From: Cyanophora paradoxa CCMP329 | Taxonomy: Eukaryota > Plantae > Glaucophyta | Reading direction: 5' to 3' | DNA length: 64,000 bases | Assembly: GCA_004431415.1 (NCBI GenBank) | Contig: QPMI01000205.1 | Span: forward strand, 1 to 64,000 | Made by a program: the position numbers and the translations under genes | Notes under the pieces: model-generated | Databases searched by the model: none | What the model saw: the letters and a program-made list of their open reading frames with translations, nothing else | Told to the model about the DNA's origin: nothing | In this document: piece after piece, positions 11,499-24,700 of the stretch | How the letters are laid out: every line of letters starts with the position of its first letter | How positions within the stretch are numbered: the first letter of the stretch is position 1

Positions 11499-14400
11499 TC
11501 AGGCGTTGAAGTCGGTGATGTCGTCGTACAGGTCGGGGGACTGGATGGCGGCGCGGACGCGCTTGTGGAGGAGCTGGGTGGCGCGGTCCGAGGGCCAGTC
11601 CTCGGCGAGCGGTCCGAGGATGCGGTCGGCGCCGGTGATGTCCGTGTTGAGGAAGGCCTCGAGGGCCTCCTGGTAGCGCGAGCAGCGGGCGAGCTGCGCC
11701 GGCGAGGCCCGCTCCCGCTCCACCACCACCTCGTACAGGTCGCACGCCTCCGTCTTCCCCTTCAGCAGCACCCGGTCCACGAAGCGCGTCAGGTACCGCT
11801 CCCCGCACGCCGCCTTCACCTCGCTCGTGCACAGCAGGCCCGTCCCGTAGTGCTTGTTCAGCGGCTCGAGGCGGGCGGCGGTGTTGACGGTGTCGCCGAG
11901 GGCGGTGTAGGAGAGGCGGGAGGAGCAGCCGATGTTCCCCACGAGGGCCTCTCCCGTGGCGACCCCGAAGCGGACGCCGAGGGGCGGGATGCCGTAGGCG
12001 TGGAGGCGGGCGTTGACGCGCTCGAGGTCGCGGCGGGCCTGCAGCGCGGCCTCCACGGCGCGGCGGGCGTGCTCGGCGAGGGGCGCGGGGCGGTTGAAGA
12101 GGGCCATGACGGCGTCGCCGATATACTTGTCCACGGAGCCGCCCGAGCGGTGGACGGCCTGCGAGACGGCCTCCATGAAGCCCTGCAGCATCACCACCAG
12201 CTGGTCCGGGCCCAGCCGCTCCGTGAGGCCCGTAAACTGCGCGCGGGCCCCGGCGGCGTGCGCGGTCGGTCTGGGCGGGGCGGGGGGCAGGGCCGGGGCC
12301 GGGGGGGCGCGCACGTCGGCGACGTCGGCGAAGAGGACGGACTGCGAGTCGGGGCGGGCGGGGCGCGTCAGGGCGGGGGGAAGGGCTCGGGGCGGGGCGG
12401 GGCGGGGCCGGGGGCGGGGCGGACGACGTCGGTGAGCTCGAGGCCGACGACGGCCTCACGGCCCGTCCGCAGGAGGTAGGCCACGACCTCCTGCGGCACG
12501 TACTTCCGGAACGAGCGCACCCCGGCCGCCATCGCCCGGAACGCCCCACCACCTCCCGCACCTCCCGCACCCGCCCCCTGCCGCCAGTCTCGTCAGAGAG
12601 CCGCGCCGGGCCCGCCCGAGCCAGCCGCGCGCACCGATCCACGCGAGGAGGCCGCGGGGCGCGTCGGGGACGCCGCCGGGGCCGCCGCGGGCGTCGCCGG
12701 GGCGGCCGGGGCCGCCGCCGGCGAGGTAGGCCGCGGGCGCCCCGAGGGCCACGCGGGGGCCGTCGGCACCACCGCCTCCCCCTCGAGGGAGGGCCCCAGG
12801 GAGGACGGCCTGCCGCCCGCTCAGCGGGGCGGGGCGGGGCGGGGCGGGGCGGGGGCGGGGCGGGGCGGACCGGGTGACGGCGGAGCGGACGGAGGAGGCC
12901 CAGGAGGAGGTGCGGCGGAAGACGCCGGAGAGGCGCCCGCGCACGCCCGAGGCGGCCGTCACCGTCGAGCGCACGCTGCCCCGCATCGAGCCGCCCTCGG
13001 CCGAGCCGACGACTCCGGCGGCGGCAGCTGCCCCGGCAGCCCGGCGAGGCCCGTCGGCGCCGCCGCTCGGCGCCCGGCGGCGGTGCGGCCGGCGGGGCCG
13101 GCGGGCCGGAGCCGGCAGGGGCGGGGGGCCGGCGGGGGCGGGGGCGGGGCCGGCGGGAGGTGGAGCGGGGGCAGCTTGACGGAGAGGGAGCGCGGGGCGG
13201 GCGCCCCGGGGGCGCGGCCTGTGGCGGCAGAAGCAGCAGCGCCTCCGGCCCGCTCTCCTCCCCGCCGCTCGCCCCCGCCGACCCCGCCCCCGCCCCGTCC
13301 TCCCCCAGAGGCACCACGTGGGACGCGCCTGCGTCGGCGGCGGCGGCGGCGGGTGCGGGGGCTTCCTCGGGCCTCGCGCGGCGGCGAAGGCGGAGAGGGA
13401 GGCGGGCCGCGGGGGAGCGCCCTCGGGCCCCGCGGTGGCGGCGAGGTCCTGCGAGCGGGGCCGGGCCGGCCTCTCCCGCGCCCCCGCCCCTCCCGCATGG
13501 ACTGGGAGCGGGCGGCGGGGGCCTGCGGGGGCGCGCCCCCGCGGGGCGCGTGCCGCGCTCGGTGGCGCTGCCGTCGCCGTGCCGCTCGGGCCCCGCGCGC
13601 TCCGCCGAGTCCTCGGGGTCGTCCGCCGAGCGCCGGCGCGGCAGGCGGCGGGCCGGGGCGCGCGGGCGGCCGCGCCCGGCGGCTCGGCGTCCGAGTCGGA
13701 GGCGGCCTTGGTGTCGTCGTGGAAGCGGATGCTCGTCGAGCGCGCCAGCGCCCCTCCTGCGCCCCGCCCCGCCCCTCGGAGGCCGAAGGCGAGGGGGAGG
13801 GGCGGGGCGCGCGGACCCTTGTCGCGGCGGCGCGCGGTGAGGCAGGAGCGGGCGGTCTCGGCGCCGGCGTTGCGGTTGACGATGGTGACCTCGGGCTCGC
13901 GCTCGGGGGCGCGCTCGCGGGCGGTGCGCTGCAGGCGCGTGCTCGCGAGCGCGAGCAGCTGCCGCACCGCGTCCGCCGCCTCGGGCGCCGCCTTCTCCGA
14001 GCCGGCCGCCGCCCCGAGGGCCACCAGCGACAGGCGCGGGGGGTGCGCGGGGGCGCCTGGGGCTCCCACAGCGAGCCCAGCGCCGCCGCCACCGCCGCCC
14101 TCCCGTCGCCCTCCGCGACCGGCGCCCGCGCCTCCGCGGCCGGCGCCGGCCCCGGGGACGCCCGCTTCTCGTCGGGCTGCGCCGGCGCCGCCACCGGCGG
14201 GGGCCCGGCCTGGGACGGTCGGTGATGATCGAGGCGCTGGTGCCGGCGCTGGCCGGCCCGAGCGGCACTACCGCCGCCGCCGCCGCCGCCGCCGGGCGGA
14301 GCCCCGCCGTGTCGTTGAGAGGCGGGCTGCGGCGCCCCTCGGCCGACTCGCGGCGCTTGCGGGCGAGCCTGCGGAGGCTGCGGAGCCACTGCCTGAAGCC

Positions 14401-15800
14401 GGGGTTGCCGCGCAGCGTCGCCGGCCCGGGCTTCTCGCCCTCGCCGGCCTCGCTGCCGGCCACCAGGGCCCCCGCCGAGGGGACCCCCGTGGGGGACGCC
14501 CCGCCCGCCAGGCTCCCCGAGCGGCTCAGCAGCGTGGGGCCCCCGGGGAAGAAGGTGCTCGACGCCGGCCGCTCCTTGGGCCCCCCGGGGCGGGCGGCGG
14601 CGTGCGGGGCGCCCGGGGCGGGAAGGCGGAGGAGGAGCTTCATCTGGTGGGAGAGGCCCTGCAGGGGCGCCCCGACCGCGTGGCCCACCGCGCCGGCCGC
14701 GAGCAGTGCGAACGCCACCCACGCCGCCAAGAAAGCGACCCCTGCCACCGGGCCCTGCCGCAACCCGCCCCGCGTCCGCGGTGGCGCGGCGGTGGCGGGG
14801 GACGGCGGGGCGCACCTCGGGGCGGGACTGCGGCAGCTCGCCCGACGGGACGAGCAGCCAGACGCTCCACGCCGCCGGGCCGAGCCGGCGGCGGGGCGCC
14901 AGCGCGCCTGCAGCCGCCTGCTCGCGTACTGGGCGGCGCCCTCCTCCCAGACCGCCGCGCCGGCCCCCGCCGAGGCGGCCGCCTCGAGCTCCCGCGCCCG
15001 CTGCAGGATCTCCGCACCCGGCGCCTCCCCAGCGGCGGCCAGCAGGCGCCCCGCCCCGTCGAGGAGCCAGGCGCGGGAGCCGGCGGTGGGCAGCGTGGCC
15101 TGCGTAGCGCGTGAGGCCGGCGCGGGCGCTGCGCGGCGCCGCGGGTGCGGAGCGCACGGAGAGGAGCGGGGGAGGGCCGCGAGGCGGAGCTCGAGGCGGG
15201 CGGCGCCGACGGCCTGCCCGCCGGCCCCAGCAGGCGGCCCAGCAGCGCCCCGCATCGTAAAACGGTCCGTCTGCTGCCCCGTCAGCGGCTCGCACGGCGC
15301 GGGGGCCGGGCGGACGCACCGGCGGCGGCGAGGCCGCTGGCGAGCCAGTCGGGGGCGAGGTCGGCGGGCGAGGGCGGGCCCGCGTCGGGCGGCCCTGCGA
15401 CGAACTCGCCGCCCTGGAGCGTGTACGACACCGCCGGGCTCCCCTCGACTGCGACGCGCGCGGCCGGCGCCGGCAGGAGGTCCACTCGGAGCGTCCCCCG
15501 CCTCGGGGACGCGAAGGCGAAGGTCACAGAGGAGACGGCGCCGCCGGCTGCCGCAGAAAGCTGGTAGGCCACCCGAGCGAGGCGCGGAGGGGCTGCCAGA
15601 GCGTCCTCGGGTTGCCTTTCGGTGGCGAGCAGCACGGCGGCCGCGGACGAGCAGGAGCCATCCACCAGCGCGCTGGCGTGGTTTGTTGCACTGAGAGTGA
15701 GGCTAGACTGGCTTGTCGTGCCGCCGCTGCGGCTGGAGAACGCGCCGTAAACCTGCGAGCAAGCGAGCGGGTTAGCTCAAAGAGGAGATGAAGGGCCATT
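11499..15800 (-). CDS. Membrane class III (bacterial IIIb-like) adenylyl cyclase with extracellular sensor region and TM helix
   Basis: RSFRKYVPQEVV, VLFADVADFTGLTE, VDKYIGDAVMALF, NIGCSSRLSYTALGDTVNTAARLEPLNKHYG, VLLKGK; upstream TM segment VAFLAAWVAFALLAAGAVG. 5' end uncertain. Confidence 0.85.
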
Positions 15801-16504
15801 GCAATTGCGCACCGCCCACGACACGGCCACAGGAACGGCAGCGGCAATCAGCCCTAAAACTGACAAGGCCAACCAGAGCGACAAGCCTCCTTTCTGCACC
15901 TGGTGCCCCCGGTTGCTGGGGTGTACTCTAGCTCCGCGCATGCTCGCGCCCCCGGCGCTCGCTCATTGAAACATGCTGCCAGTTTCAACGCAATCAGCTT
16001 CCCGACTCGGGCCGCGGAAAGGCCAATGCCCGGCGTGTCACGGGCAGCGGATCTGCTGTTGCGGGCGAATGTCGCAAGCTTCAAGCCTTGCCGGCAGAGT
16101 GCTGGAGCCCTTGATCTGGCACTTAGCCGCCGCTCTACTGATGCCCCGCTGACGAGCTGGCGGCGCTCGGCCCCTTGAGCTCGAAATGCATGCGCCGGCA
16201 GTTACTGGAAGTTGGCGAACGAAGTAAGTTTACAGTAATGGGTACACGAGCTCCGAGGCTCGCGCGCCGGCGTGGTACTTACGGCGCGCCGCGCTACCTT
16301 CGAACAGAACAGCCTCACTTGCTCCTCGGCATGCCGGCGCGGCCCCTCTGCGCCGCGGATCAATTCTCGCCGCGCTTTCCAATTGCAAGTTGCCGCAGTG
16401 TGGAGCGGCCGACCGCGGGTCGGTTCGGCAATGCGAGTACTGCGATACTGCCAGAAGCCTCTCCTCTCGTAACACACAGAAGCGCACAATCACGAGAAGG
16501 CGCG

Positions 16505-17767
16505 TCAGCTGGGAGCGGCGTCCATCGGGGCCGGCTCCTCCCCCGTACCTACAGCGACAATGCCGGCAGGGCTGGACGACGCCTGCTCGTCCGCAGCGCT
16601 GTCGGTCATCGCCTGCTCGTCGCTGAGCGCCGCCTGCGCGGCCGCCTCCGGAGGGCCGGCCGGCGTCTCCGGGGCGGGGTTTGCGGGGCGCGGCGAGTCG
16701 GCGACGGTGCCGGCCGCGTCGGCGGAGGCGGCGCCGAACGAGAAGCGGGGGTCGGACTCGACGGCCGAGCCGCCGAACTCCATCTGGTCCGGGAGCGGGA
16801 GGGGCGGGAGGGAGGTCGGGAGGGGCGCCCCGCCCCCGCCGGGCCGCACGGTCATCGCCCCGCTCAGCAGGCCGGCGCTGAGGGCGTTCACGGACTCTGC
16901 CGCGTCCAGGTCCATCGCCTCCGCAGCCTGGCGGCGAGCGCGTCGGCCCGGGGCGCGGGGCGCGGCGGGCTCGTCGGGGGCCCGCACCTCGCCGTCGGGC
17001 CGCGTGTCGGGCTCGTCGGGGCCGATGCCCGAGGCGGCGCGGCTCGCCTGGGCGACCGAGCGCGGGTCGTCCAGGTTCACCTTCGCCGGGTCCACCTTCG
17101 GCATAGTTGTGCTCACGGATAGCAGCTGCGCGGGAGGCATTCGGGGAGCACAGCGGCAGCGGGAGCATGCATGATGCACCTTATCGAACGCGAGCAAGAG
17201 CTTCCTAATGTTCTTGTAGTGCCGGTCGGGCGCGAGGAGCAGCTCGCACAATCGCTGTAGTGTGAACGGGGCGCTGCGGGCGTGTTCAGCTGGGCCCGCG
17301 GGCGCGCAATCTGCCAGGAAGCACCCGCGGAAGCCGTCCAATGCGACAAGCAGGCGCTCAGCAAACTCCCGGAACGCCCGATCATCGAGGCCGCCATCGC
17401 TGAACCGGCCGCGGCATTCGCCGAGAACCTACGCGTGCCAAGGTGAGGAATGCGCCGCAAGAAGCCAATTTGGAGCGGGCCTGTTCGAGCTTGTAGGCGA
17501 GCAGCTTCTTCAGCGGGGGCCAGTCATAGCTGCGCCACACCCGCGGTCAGGGAGCGGGCGCAGTTGCCATCCTGAACAGCATCACCATGTGAAGCCGGTT
17601 TGTGCGGCAGCGTTCAAAACGGCCTGGAGTTTCTCATTCCACTGCTTCTGCTCTTGTCGCACAAACTCTGCGGGCGGCGTTTGAGCGCGTAGCAGCGGTG
17701 CGACATTCCGCCGGGTCGCCGCACCCTGCAGCGCGTCCTGCGCGTCCTGCGAGAAGAGCGCGTTCAT
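16505..17767 (-). CDS. PPP4R2: Protein phosphatase 4 regulatory subunit 2
   Basis: APFTLQRLCELLLAPDRHYKNIRKLLLAFDK signature, N-terminal AAQTGFTW..W motif, acidic low-complexity tail. Confidence 0.85.
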
Positions 17768-17981
17768 GTTTCGCGGTTCTCTCGACGACCCTCAATTCGC
17801 GTATCCAAAATGCCTCGCGCGAGCGTGCCAGTGAAGCTGCAGCTGTATAAGAGGCGCCGCCGGTGCGCGAGGGCTGCCGAGGACCCTACCCGTCTTTAGT
17901 CCGGTACCCGTCTTCCGGGCTTCTGAGCCGCTCCTCGTCGTCGCTTTGCTCGTTGAGGGTTCTCTTGTGTGATAAGGCAAA

Positions 17982-20019
17982 ATGGAAGAGGAGTATGACT
18001 GCATCGTGCTCGGCACCGGCCTCACGGAGTGCATCATCTCCGGCCTTATGTCCGTCGAGGGCAAGAAGGTCCTCCACATGGACCGCAACAACTACTACGG
18101 CGGCGAGAGCGCGTCGCTGAACCTCAACCAGCTGTTTGAGAAGTTCCGCGGGAAGGGCGCGCAGCCGCCGCCGCAGCTCGGCTCCAGCCGCGACTACAAC
18201 GTGGATCTGGTCCCTAAGTTCATCATGGCGGCAGGTACGAGCGCTGTTGCCACGCGGCGCGGCGCGAGGCGGCCGCGCCGTGCTCAACCATTCGGCGCTC
18301 CTGTGATTCATACTGGGGCACGGGGCGCAGGCAACATGGTGAAGATCCTGATCCACACTGATGTGACGAAGTATTTGGAGTTCAAGTCGGTCGATGGCAG
18401 CTACGTGTACCACAAGGGCAAGGTGTACAAGGTCCCGGCGTCGGACGTGGAAGCGCTCAAGTCGTCCCTCATGGGCCTCTTCGAGAAGCGCCGCGCGCGC
18501 AGCTTCTTTATCTACGTGCAGGACTGGGAGGAGGGCAACCCCAAGTCCCACCAGGGCGCGCCCCGCCGCCGCACGCGGAGGCAGGGCGCGCTCATTGCGA
18601 TGCGCGCGCAGGGATGGATCTGCGGACGACGCCCTTCAAGAAGCTCGTCGACCACTTCGGCCTGCAGCCGGACACCGTCGAGTTCGTCGGCCACGCCATC
18701 GCCCTCCACCGCGACGAGTCGTGCGCTGCGCCCGCCGGCCCCGCGCCGCGCGCCGCCCCGCCCCCGCGCCGTCGACGGAGGGAGCAGCTTCGAGAACGCG
18801 CCGGCGCTGGACACGGTGATGAAGATGCGGCTCTACAACGAGTCGCTGGCGCAGTACCAGAAGTCCCCCTACATCTACCCCCTCTACGGCCTCGGCGAGC
18901 TGCCCCAGGCCTTCGCCCGGTCCGCCCCCGCCGCCCCCGCCCTACCGGCCGGGCGGGACCGATGGCGGGGCAGGCTGAGCGCGGTGCACGGCGGCACGTA
19001 CATGCTTAACAAGCCCGTCGACGAGATCGTGTACGACGAGAAGGGCCAGTTCGTGGGCGTCAAGTCCGAGGGCCAGGCGCGCCGCGTGCTCGCCGGGGGG
19101 GGCGGCGTCCGGCGGCGGCGGCTGACGGGCGGGCAGGTGGCGCGGGCCAAGTTCGTGGTGGGCGACCCCTCGTACTTCCCCAACAAGGTCCGCAAGAACG
19201 GCAAGGTGCGGCCCGCCCCCGCCCCGCCCCGCTTCGGCGCCCCCCGCGAGGCCGGCGCCAGGTCGTCCGGGCCATCTGCATCCTCAGCCACCCCATCCCC
19301 GACACGAACGACTCGCTCTCCTGCCAGGCGCCCCCGGCCGCGCCGCCCGCCGCCGCGCACCCTCGTTGCTCACGGCTGGCCCCCGCGGCGCGCAGATCAT
19401 CATCCCCCAGAAGCAGGTCGGGCGCAAGTCGGGTGCGCGCTGCCGCGGGGCTCGCCGCGCGGGGGCGGGGGCCGAGCGACGCCGGCGCAGACATCTACGT
19501 GGCGTGCGTCTCGTACGCGCACAACGTGGCGGCCAAGGGCAAGTTCATCGTCCTATGCAGGCGCGCCCCGCCCCGCCCCGCCCCGCTCCTCGGGAGGTCC
19601 GCGCGGGGCCGACGGGGCGGGCGGGGGCAGCACGACGGTGGAGACGGCGAACCCCGAGGCGGAGCTCGAGCCGGCGTACAAGCTCCTCGGGGCCATCGAC
19701 GAGAAGCGCGCCCCCGCGCCGCCGCGCCGCCGCCGCCGGCCTCGCGCGGGGCCTCACACGGCGCAGGTACGTTACGGTGTCGGACACGTACGAGGCGGCG
19801 GGGCCGGGGACCGAGGACCGCGTCTTCGTCTCGCGCTCGTACGACGCGACGAGCCACTTCGAGACGACAATCGACGACGTCCTCGACCTCTACCGCCGCA
19901 TCACCGGCAAGACCCTCGACCTCGACAAGACCATCCGCCAGGTCCGCCCTCGCCCCGCCCCGCCCCGCCCCCGAGCCGCCCCTCAGACCCGCCGGCAGAT
20001 GCCGGACGAGGGCCACTAG
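17982..20019 (+). CDS. GDI1: Rab GDP dissociation inhibitor (12 exons inferred)
   Basis: [89 protein letters not shown]. Confidence 0.97.
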
Positions 20020-20222
20020 AGCGCCGTCGCGTCGGCCTTGGGCCGCACTGCGCTGCTGCCGCGCGCCAGCTGCGCATGTACTGTAATGAATCGTTCACGC
20101 ATCGCACCAACGGCCCCGGCCCACTCTCTCTCCACCCTCTCTCACACGATGCATGCTCTCCTGAAGTACACCGGTCGTACTCTGCACAGGCCGGGGAGGG
20201 CTCCGGGCCGCGTGGCCCAGGG

Positions 20223-20996
20223 CTAGAGATCTGGGCAGTCCTCCGGCCTGACATCGAACGGTTTGTGAGGGATGACGCTCTTCTTCTCCACGTCCCTCGG
20301 TAAAGCTTTTCGCATGTCTGCGGGAGGAGACAGTTGTCGCAGAAGCCTGCCGAAGCCTTGGAGGAACGCAACCGCACGCACCGAAAGCGTCCTCCTCGCC
20401 TGAATAGTAGCCCAGGACTCTGCGATATTCCGAGTAGCCGAATTTCTTGTACATTCCTATTGCGACGGCGTTGGAGACTCGCACAAAAAGGTCCACGAAG
20501 TAGCCCTTGTACCTGCGCCGCGGTCAGCATCCGGCAGAGACGGCCGCCCGCTCGAATCGCCAGCTTACAGCTTCTCCGACACCTCCTCGAGGATGCGCAT
20601 CATCTTGTCAGCAAGATGCAGCCGCCGGTACTCGGGTGCGACTGTCAGCGCCGTGACATGCCCGTGCCAATTCTCGCCCTGCCCCTCCGCCTTGCCCATG
20701 ACTGCGAGCGAGGATGCGTCGGTGCAGGCGCGTCGGGCGCTCGCCAGCGCGTCGATCGCTTCGCGCGCACTGTAGCTCGTAAGCGTGCCATTCGGCGCCT
20801 CCGCGACGACGAAGTAGTCGGGCCAGCGTGCCAGGTAGCCGAGGTAGAAGCTGAGGTTATACTGGCGCGGCACATCGATCAGCCAGCGGCGCGGTGCGCG
20901 AACACGGCCCTCACGCACTGTCTCCGTCAGCTTGTCGAGGTTAATGTTGTTGAAGCGGAACAGGTCGTCGCAGGTGAATCGCCGGAGCGACGTCAT
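20223..20996 (-). CDS. NAA20: NatB N-terminal acetyltransferase catalytic subunit (Nat3)
   Basis: MTSLRRFTCDDLFRFNNINLDKLTET, WHGHVTALTVAPEYRRL, VDLFVRVSNAVAIGMY, MRKALPRD; TAG at 20223-20225. Confidence 0.96.
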
Positions 20997-21752
20997 CCTT
21001 GCAGCTTGCCAGGCGCGCCTCGCCTCGAAGCTGCAGTTTTATAATTAGTTGGGCTCGCTGCGAGGGCTAGCAACGAAGGCCACAGCACGCCGAGCACGCG
21101 TACCCCAAAACCAATGTGACCTGTACCCCAACGCGGGAACGTGCGGAGGTTACTTTAATTTGTTCTCGAGCCTCGAGGTTTGTTTTTGTGCTATCGAGCG
21201 TTTTCTGTGCTCATTTGGACTCTCCGATTGGTCGTTTTCCGATGGGGCCTCTGCACCTCGGTCGCAAGCTCTTTTTTTTGCGAGGGAGGGCGTCACGCCA
21301 TGAGCGTAAGTTGGCCCGTATGTTGGCCGTAAGTTGCCCGTAACCCCCCCTGGATGAAATTGGGGATGCTCCGAGACTTGATCCGGGTCCCCTCCCTGAA
21401 GCTCCCTCGCGCAAGGTGCGCTCCGATCGCGCAACAGCAACGTAACAGACGAACAGCAGCGCTAGCTAGTCCGTCTTGATCGAGCTGCCATATGCATATA
21501 TGCGCGTACTACGGTACGACGCGACGGCGACCGGCGCCCCAGCAGAGAGCAGCATCAAGCGGCCGCGCACGCGTACTAGACTCTGAGAACGGGGCCGTCA
21601 TCGCCGAATCGGCGTTCGTGCCGTTGCGTGCGCCCTGCGGAGCAGCGCAGCCTCGCGGTGCGCCGGCGCGGCGGTTACTATAGCGAAGTTAGATCGATAT
21701 CCAGAGTGCGCGTACGCGTGGCAGCCGCGGTCGAGCGGCCCTCCCGCGGAAG

Positions 21753-24700
21753 ATGGCCACGGCCCAGGCGGTCGGCAGCGGGGGGAGGATTGAGGCGTTT
21801 ATCCCACTGCGGCTGCTGGCGGACAAGCGCGCGCTCGAGCAAGTGACGGAGCTCGACCGCGGCGTCTCCCTCATCACCCTCCCTGGCGCCGCGCTCTTTA
21901 TCGACGGTGAGGCGTGCCCCAGGCGCCCTAGACGTCTCCTGCGCGGTATATATCCTATCATGGCGCCCCGCCGACGCGCGTTTGATTTCTGCTCGCATAT
22001 ATGGGCATGTGAAAAATTAACGGCAGTGTCTTGAAATTAATCTTGGCGCAGTGGGCGGCTTCTCTGCGATGGCGCGCAGCTTCACGCGCTCGGACAAGGC
22101 CGTCGCCGCCGAGAAGGTCCGCCCCCGCGCAGTCCACGCCGAGGCGCGCTCGGCGGCGGCCCGGCTCGGGTGCGATGGGGAGGGCGGGGCGGGGGCAGCT
22201 CTCGTCGACGCTGAACGAGTACTTCGAGCTGCTCGTGTGCCGCCTGCACTCCCACCACGCCGAGGCCCGCCATGCCCTCTCCCGCCCCCCGCCCCGGGCC
22301 CGCCCCGCGCCCCCCGCCCCTGATCGACGGCGCGCGTGTCGCGAATCAGGTCCTCTTCTACGCCGGCGACGCCGGTCCGTGCGGCGCCGGCCGCGCCGCC
22401 GCCGGGGCCGCTGAGGGGCGGGGGCAGTGGTGGCGTTCATCCCGAGCGGGGAGGGTGTGCGCTCGACGGCGGAGGCGTGCAAGCGGGCGCTGGCGGCGGC
22501 GCTCGAGGTGCGCGCCATCGACTTCGAGCGCAACGGCCAGCGCCTCTCCGTCCACACCGGCCTCGGCGTCGGCGAGGCGCGCCCGCCCCGCCCCGCGCCG
22601 ACCGCCTCGGGCTCAGCGGGGCGGGGGCAGATGGAGGTGCACGCGGCGCGGGCGGGCCCCGGGGCCGTCACCTCCCTCTACACCGGCGACCTTATCCGTC
22701 AGGGCCCGCCCCGCCCCGCCCCGCCCCGCCCCGCCCCGGGGCCGGCACGAGGCGGGGCGGGGCGGGCAGTGTGCGAGGCGCTCTCGGAGTCGAAGGGGCG
22801 GGACATCGTGCTCTCGCGGGAGGCGGCGGCGCTGCTCTCCCCCTCCCGCCGCCTCGCCGTGCAGCCGGCCGGCGACCACTTCCGCCTCGTCTTCCCCGCC
22901 AAGCCCCCCACGTGGGACCCCCTCCCGGGCCCCCGCTGCTCCTGCAGCGCCGCCCTTGGCCCCGACGCCCCCGCCGCCCTCGCCGCCCTCGCCGCCCGCC
23001 CCGCCTTCGACCCCGCGTGCCTCGCCCCGGCGGCGGCGCCCATGCTTCAGAGCGTCTGGGGCGAGATGCGGCCCGTCGTCGTCCTCTTCGGTGCCGCCGG
23101 CGCTCCGCGACGCGCCGCCCCCGGCCGCCCGGTGTGACGCGCGCCCCGCAGCGTCGTTCCCCGAGCTGGACGCCTCGCGGGGCGGTGGCCTCGCCGCCTG
23201 CGAGCGCTTCGGGGAGGTGCCGCGCCCCCTCCCGGCCCCTCTCGCCGGCCTTGCCGAGGCGGCGGCGCGGCAGGTGGCGCGCTCGGTCTTCCGGGCGGCG
23301 GAGGAGTGGGGCGGCAGCGTGAACAAGCTCTTCCTCGACGAGAAGGGCGCGTCGGCGCTCGTCGCCTGGGGCCTCCCCGGCGGCTACACCCACGAGGGCC
23401 CGCGCCCGCGCCCCCCCCGCCCTCCCCCCCGCCGGCGCCTCACGCGCGGGGCGCGCAGACGACGGGGAGCGGGCGGTGCGGGCGGCGCTCGCCCTGCAGG
23501 CCTACTTCGCCTCCCGCGACGCCCCCTTCGTCTGCGGGGTACCCGTTCCCTCCCCCCGCCCCCGGCGGCCCCTCCCGCCCTCACCGGCCCCCAGATCAGC
23601 GTCGGGCGGACGTTCTGCGGCCCTCTCGGTGCCCCCCCGCCGCCGATCCCCCCGCCCCGCGCCCTCAGCGCCCCCCGCCAGGCTCCTCCTGCCGTAAAGA
23701 ATACGCCCTCATGGGGTGCGATCACCCGTCCCCCTGCGATGTACCCAGGCGGGGCCGCGCACTGAGCCAGCTGCGCGCAGGGACAGCATCGTGCGCGGGG
23801 GACGGGGCTGAGCGGGGCCACCGGGTGGGCGGCGCCTCTGACGTCGACGGGGCGGGGCCAGATCCTGGCGGCGCGGCTGATGACGGCGGCGCGGGGCTCC
23901 AGCGACGCGCGGCAGCAGGCCCTCTGCGACGCCGCCGTCGTCGCCGCCGCCACCGCCCGCGGCCGCAGCGCCGTGCGCCGCCCCGCCCCGCGGCCGAGGG
24001 GACGCCCCGAGCCGACGCCGCCGCCGCAGACGCTCGCCTTTGACCCGCTGCCGCCGATCTACGCCAAGGGCTTCGAGAAGCGCGCCCCGCGCCGCGCGCC
24101 CCCGCCCGCCTCGCCCTCACGCGCCCGCGCGCCCGCAGGCCCGTCGCGGTCTTCCGCCCGCGCGTGCAGGCGGAGCGGCCGGGGAGCGCCGGCGGCGTCT
24201 CCCGGGCCTCCTCGGCCGGCCCGCGGGGCCGGGCGCGCTGCCTGGGGCGGGACGGGGAGATGGAGCAGTGTGCGCGCGCCGTCGAGGCGGCCGCCGGCGG
24301 CCGCGGCTCCACCATCGTCATCGAGGGTCCGCCCCGCCGCACGCGCGCGTCGAGCCTTCCAGAGGGGCCGCCCTCGAGCTCCGGTCCGAGGCCCGCGCCG
24401 CGCAGGGGAGGCGGGGTACGGGAAGACGGAGCTGGCGCGCGGCGTGCGGCGGCTGTGCGCGGCGCGCGAGTTCGCAGTCCTCCGCGCCGCCGCCGAGGCC
24501 GTCGAGGCGCGCCCCGCTCGTTCCCCCTGCCCCGCCCGGCGCTGCCGCTGAGGACGGCTGCGCGCAGCAAACGACGCCGCTGTGGGCGCTGCGGGCCATC
24601 CTCCGCTCCGTCGCCCCCGCCTCCTCGTGCGCGCCGCCTCGGAGCGCCGCGGGGGCGCGGGGCCTGAGTGCGCGGGGGCCGGGGCAGGGCGGAGGCGCTG

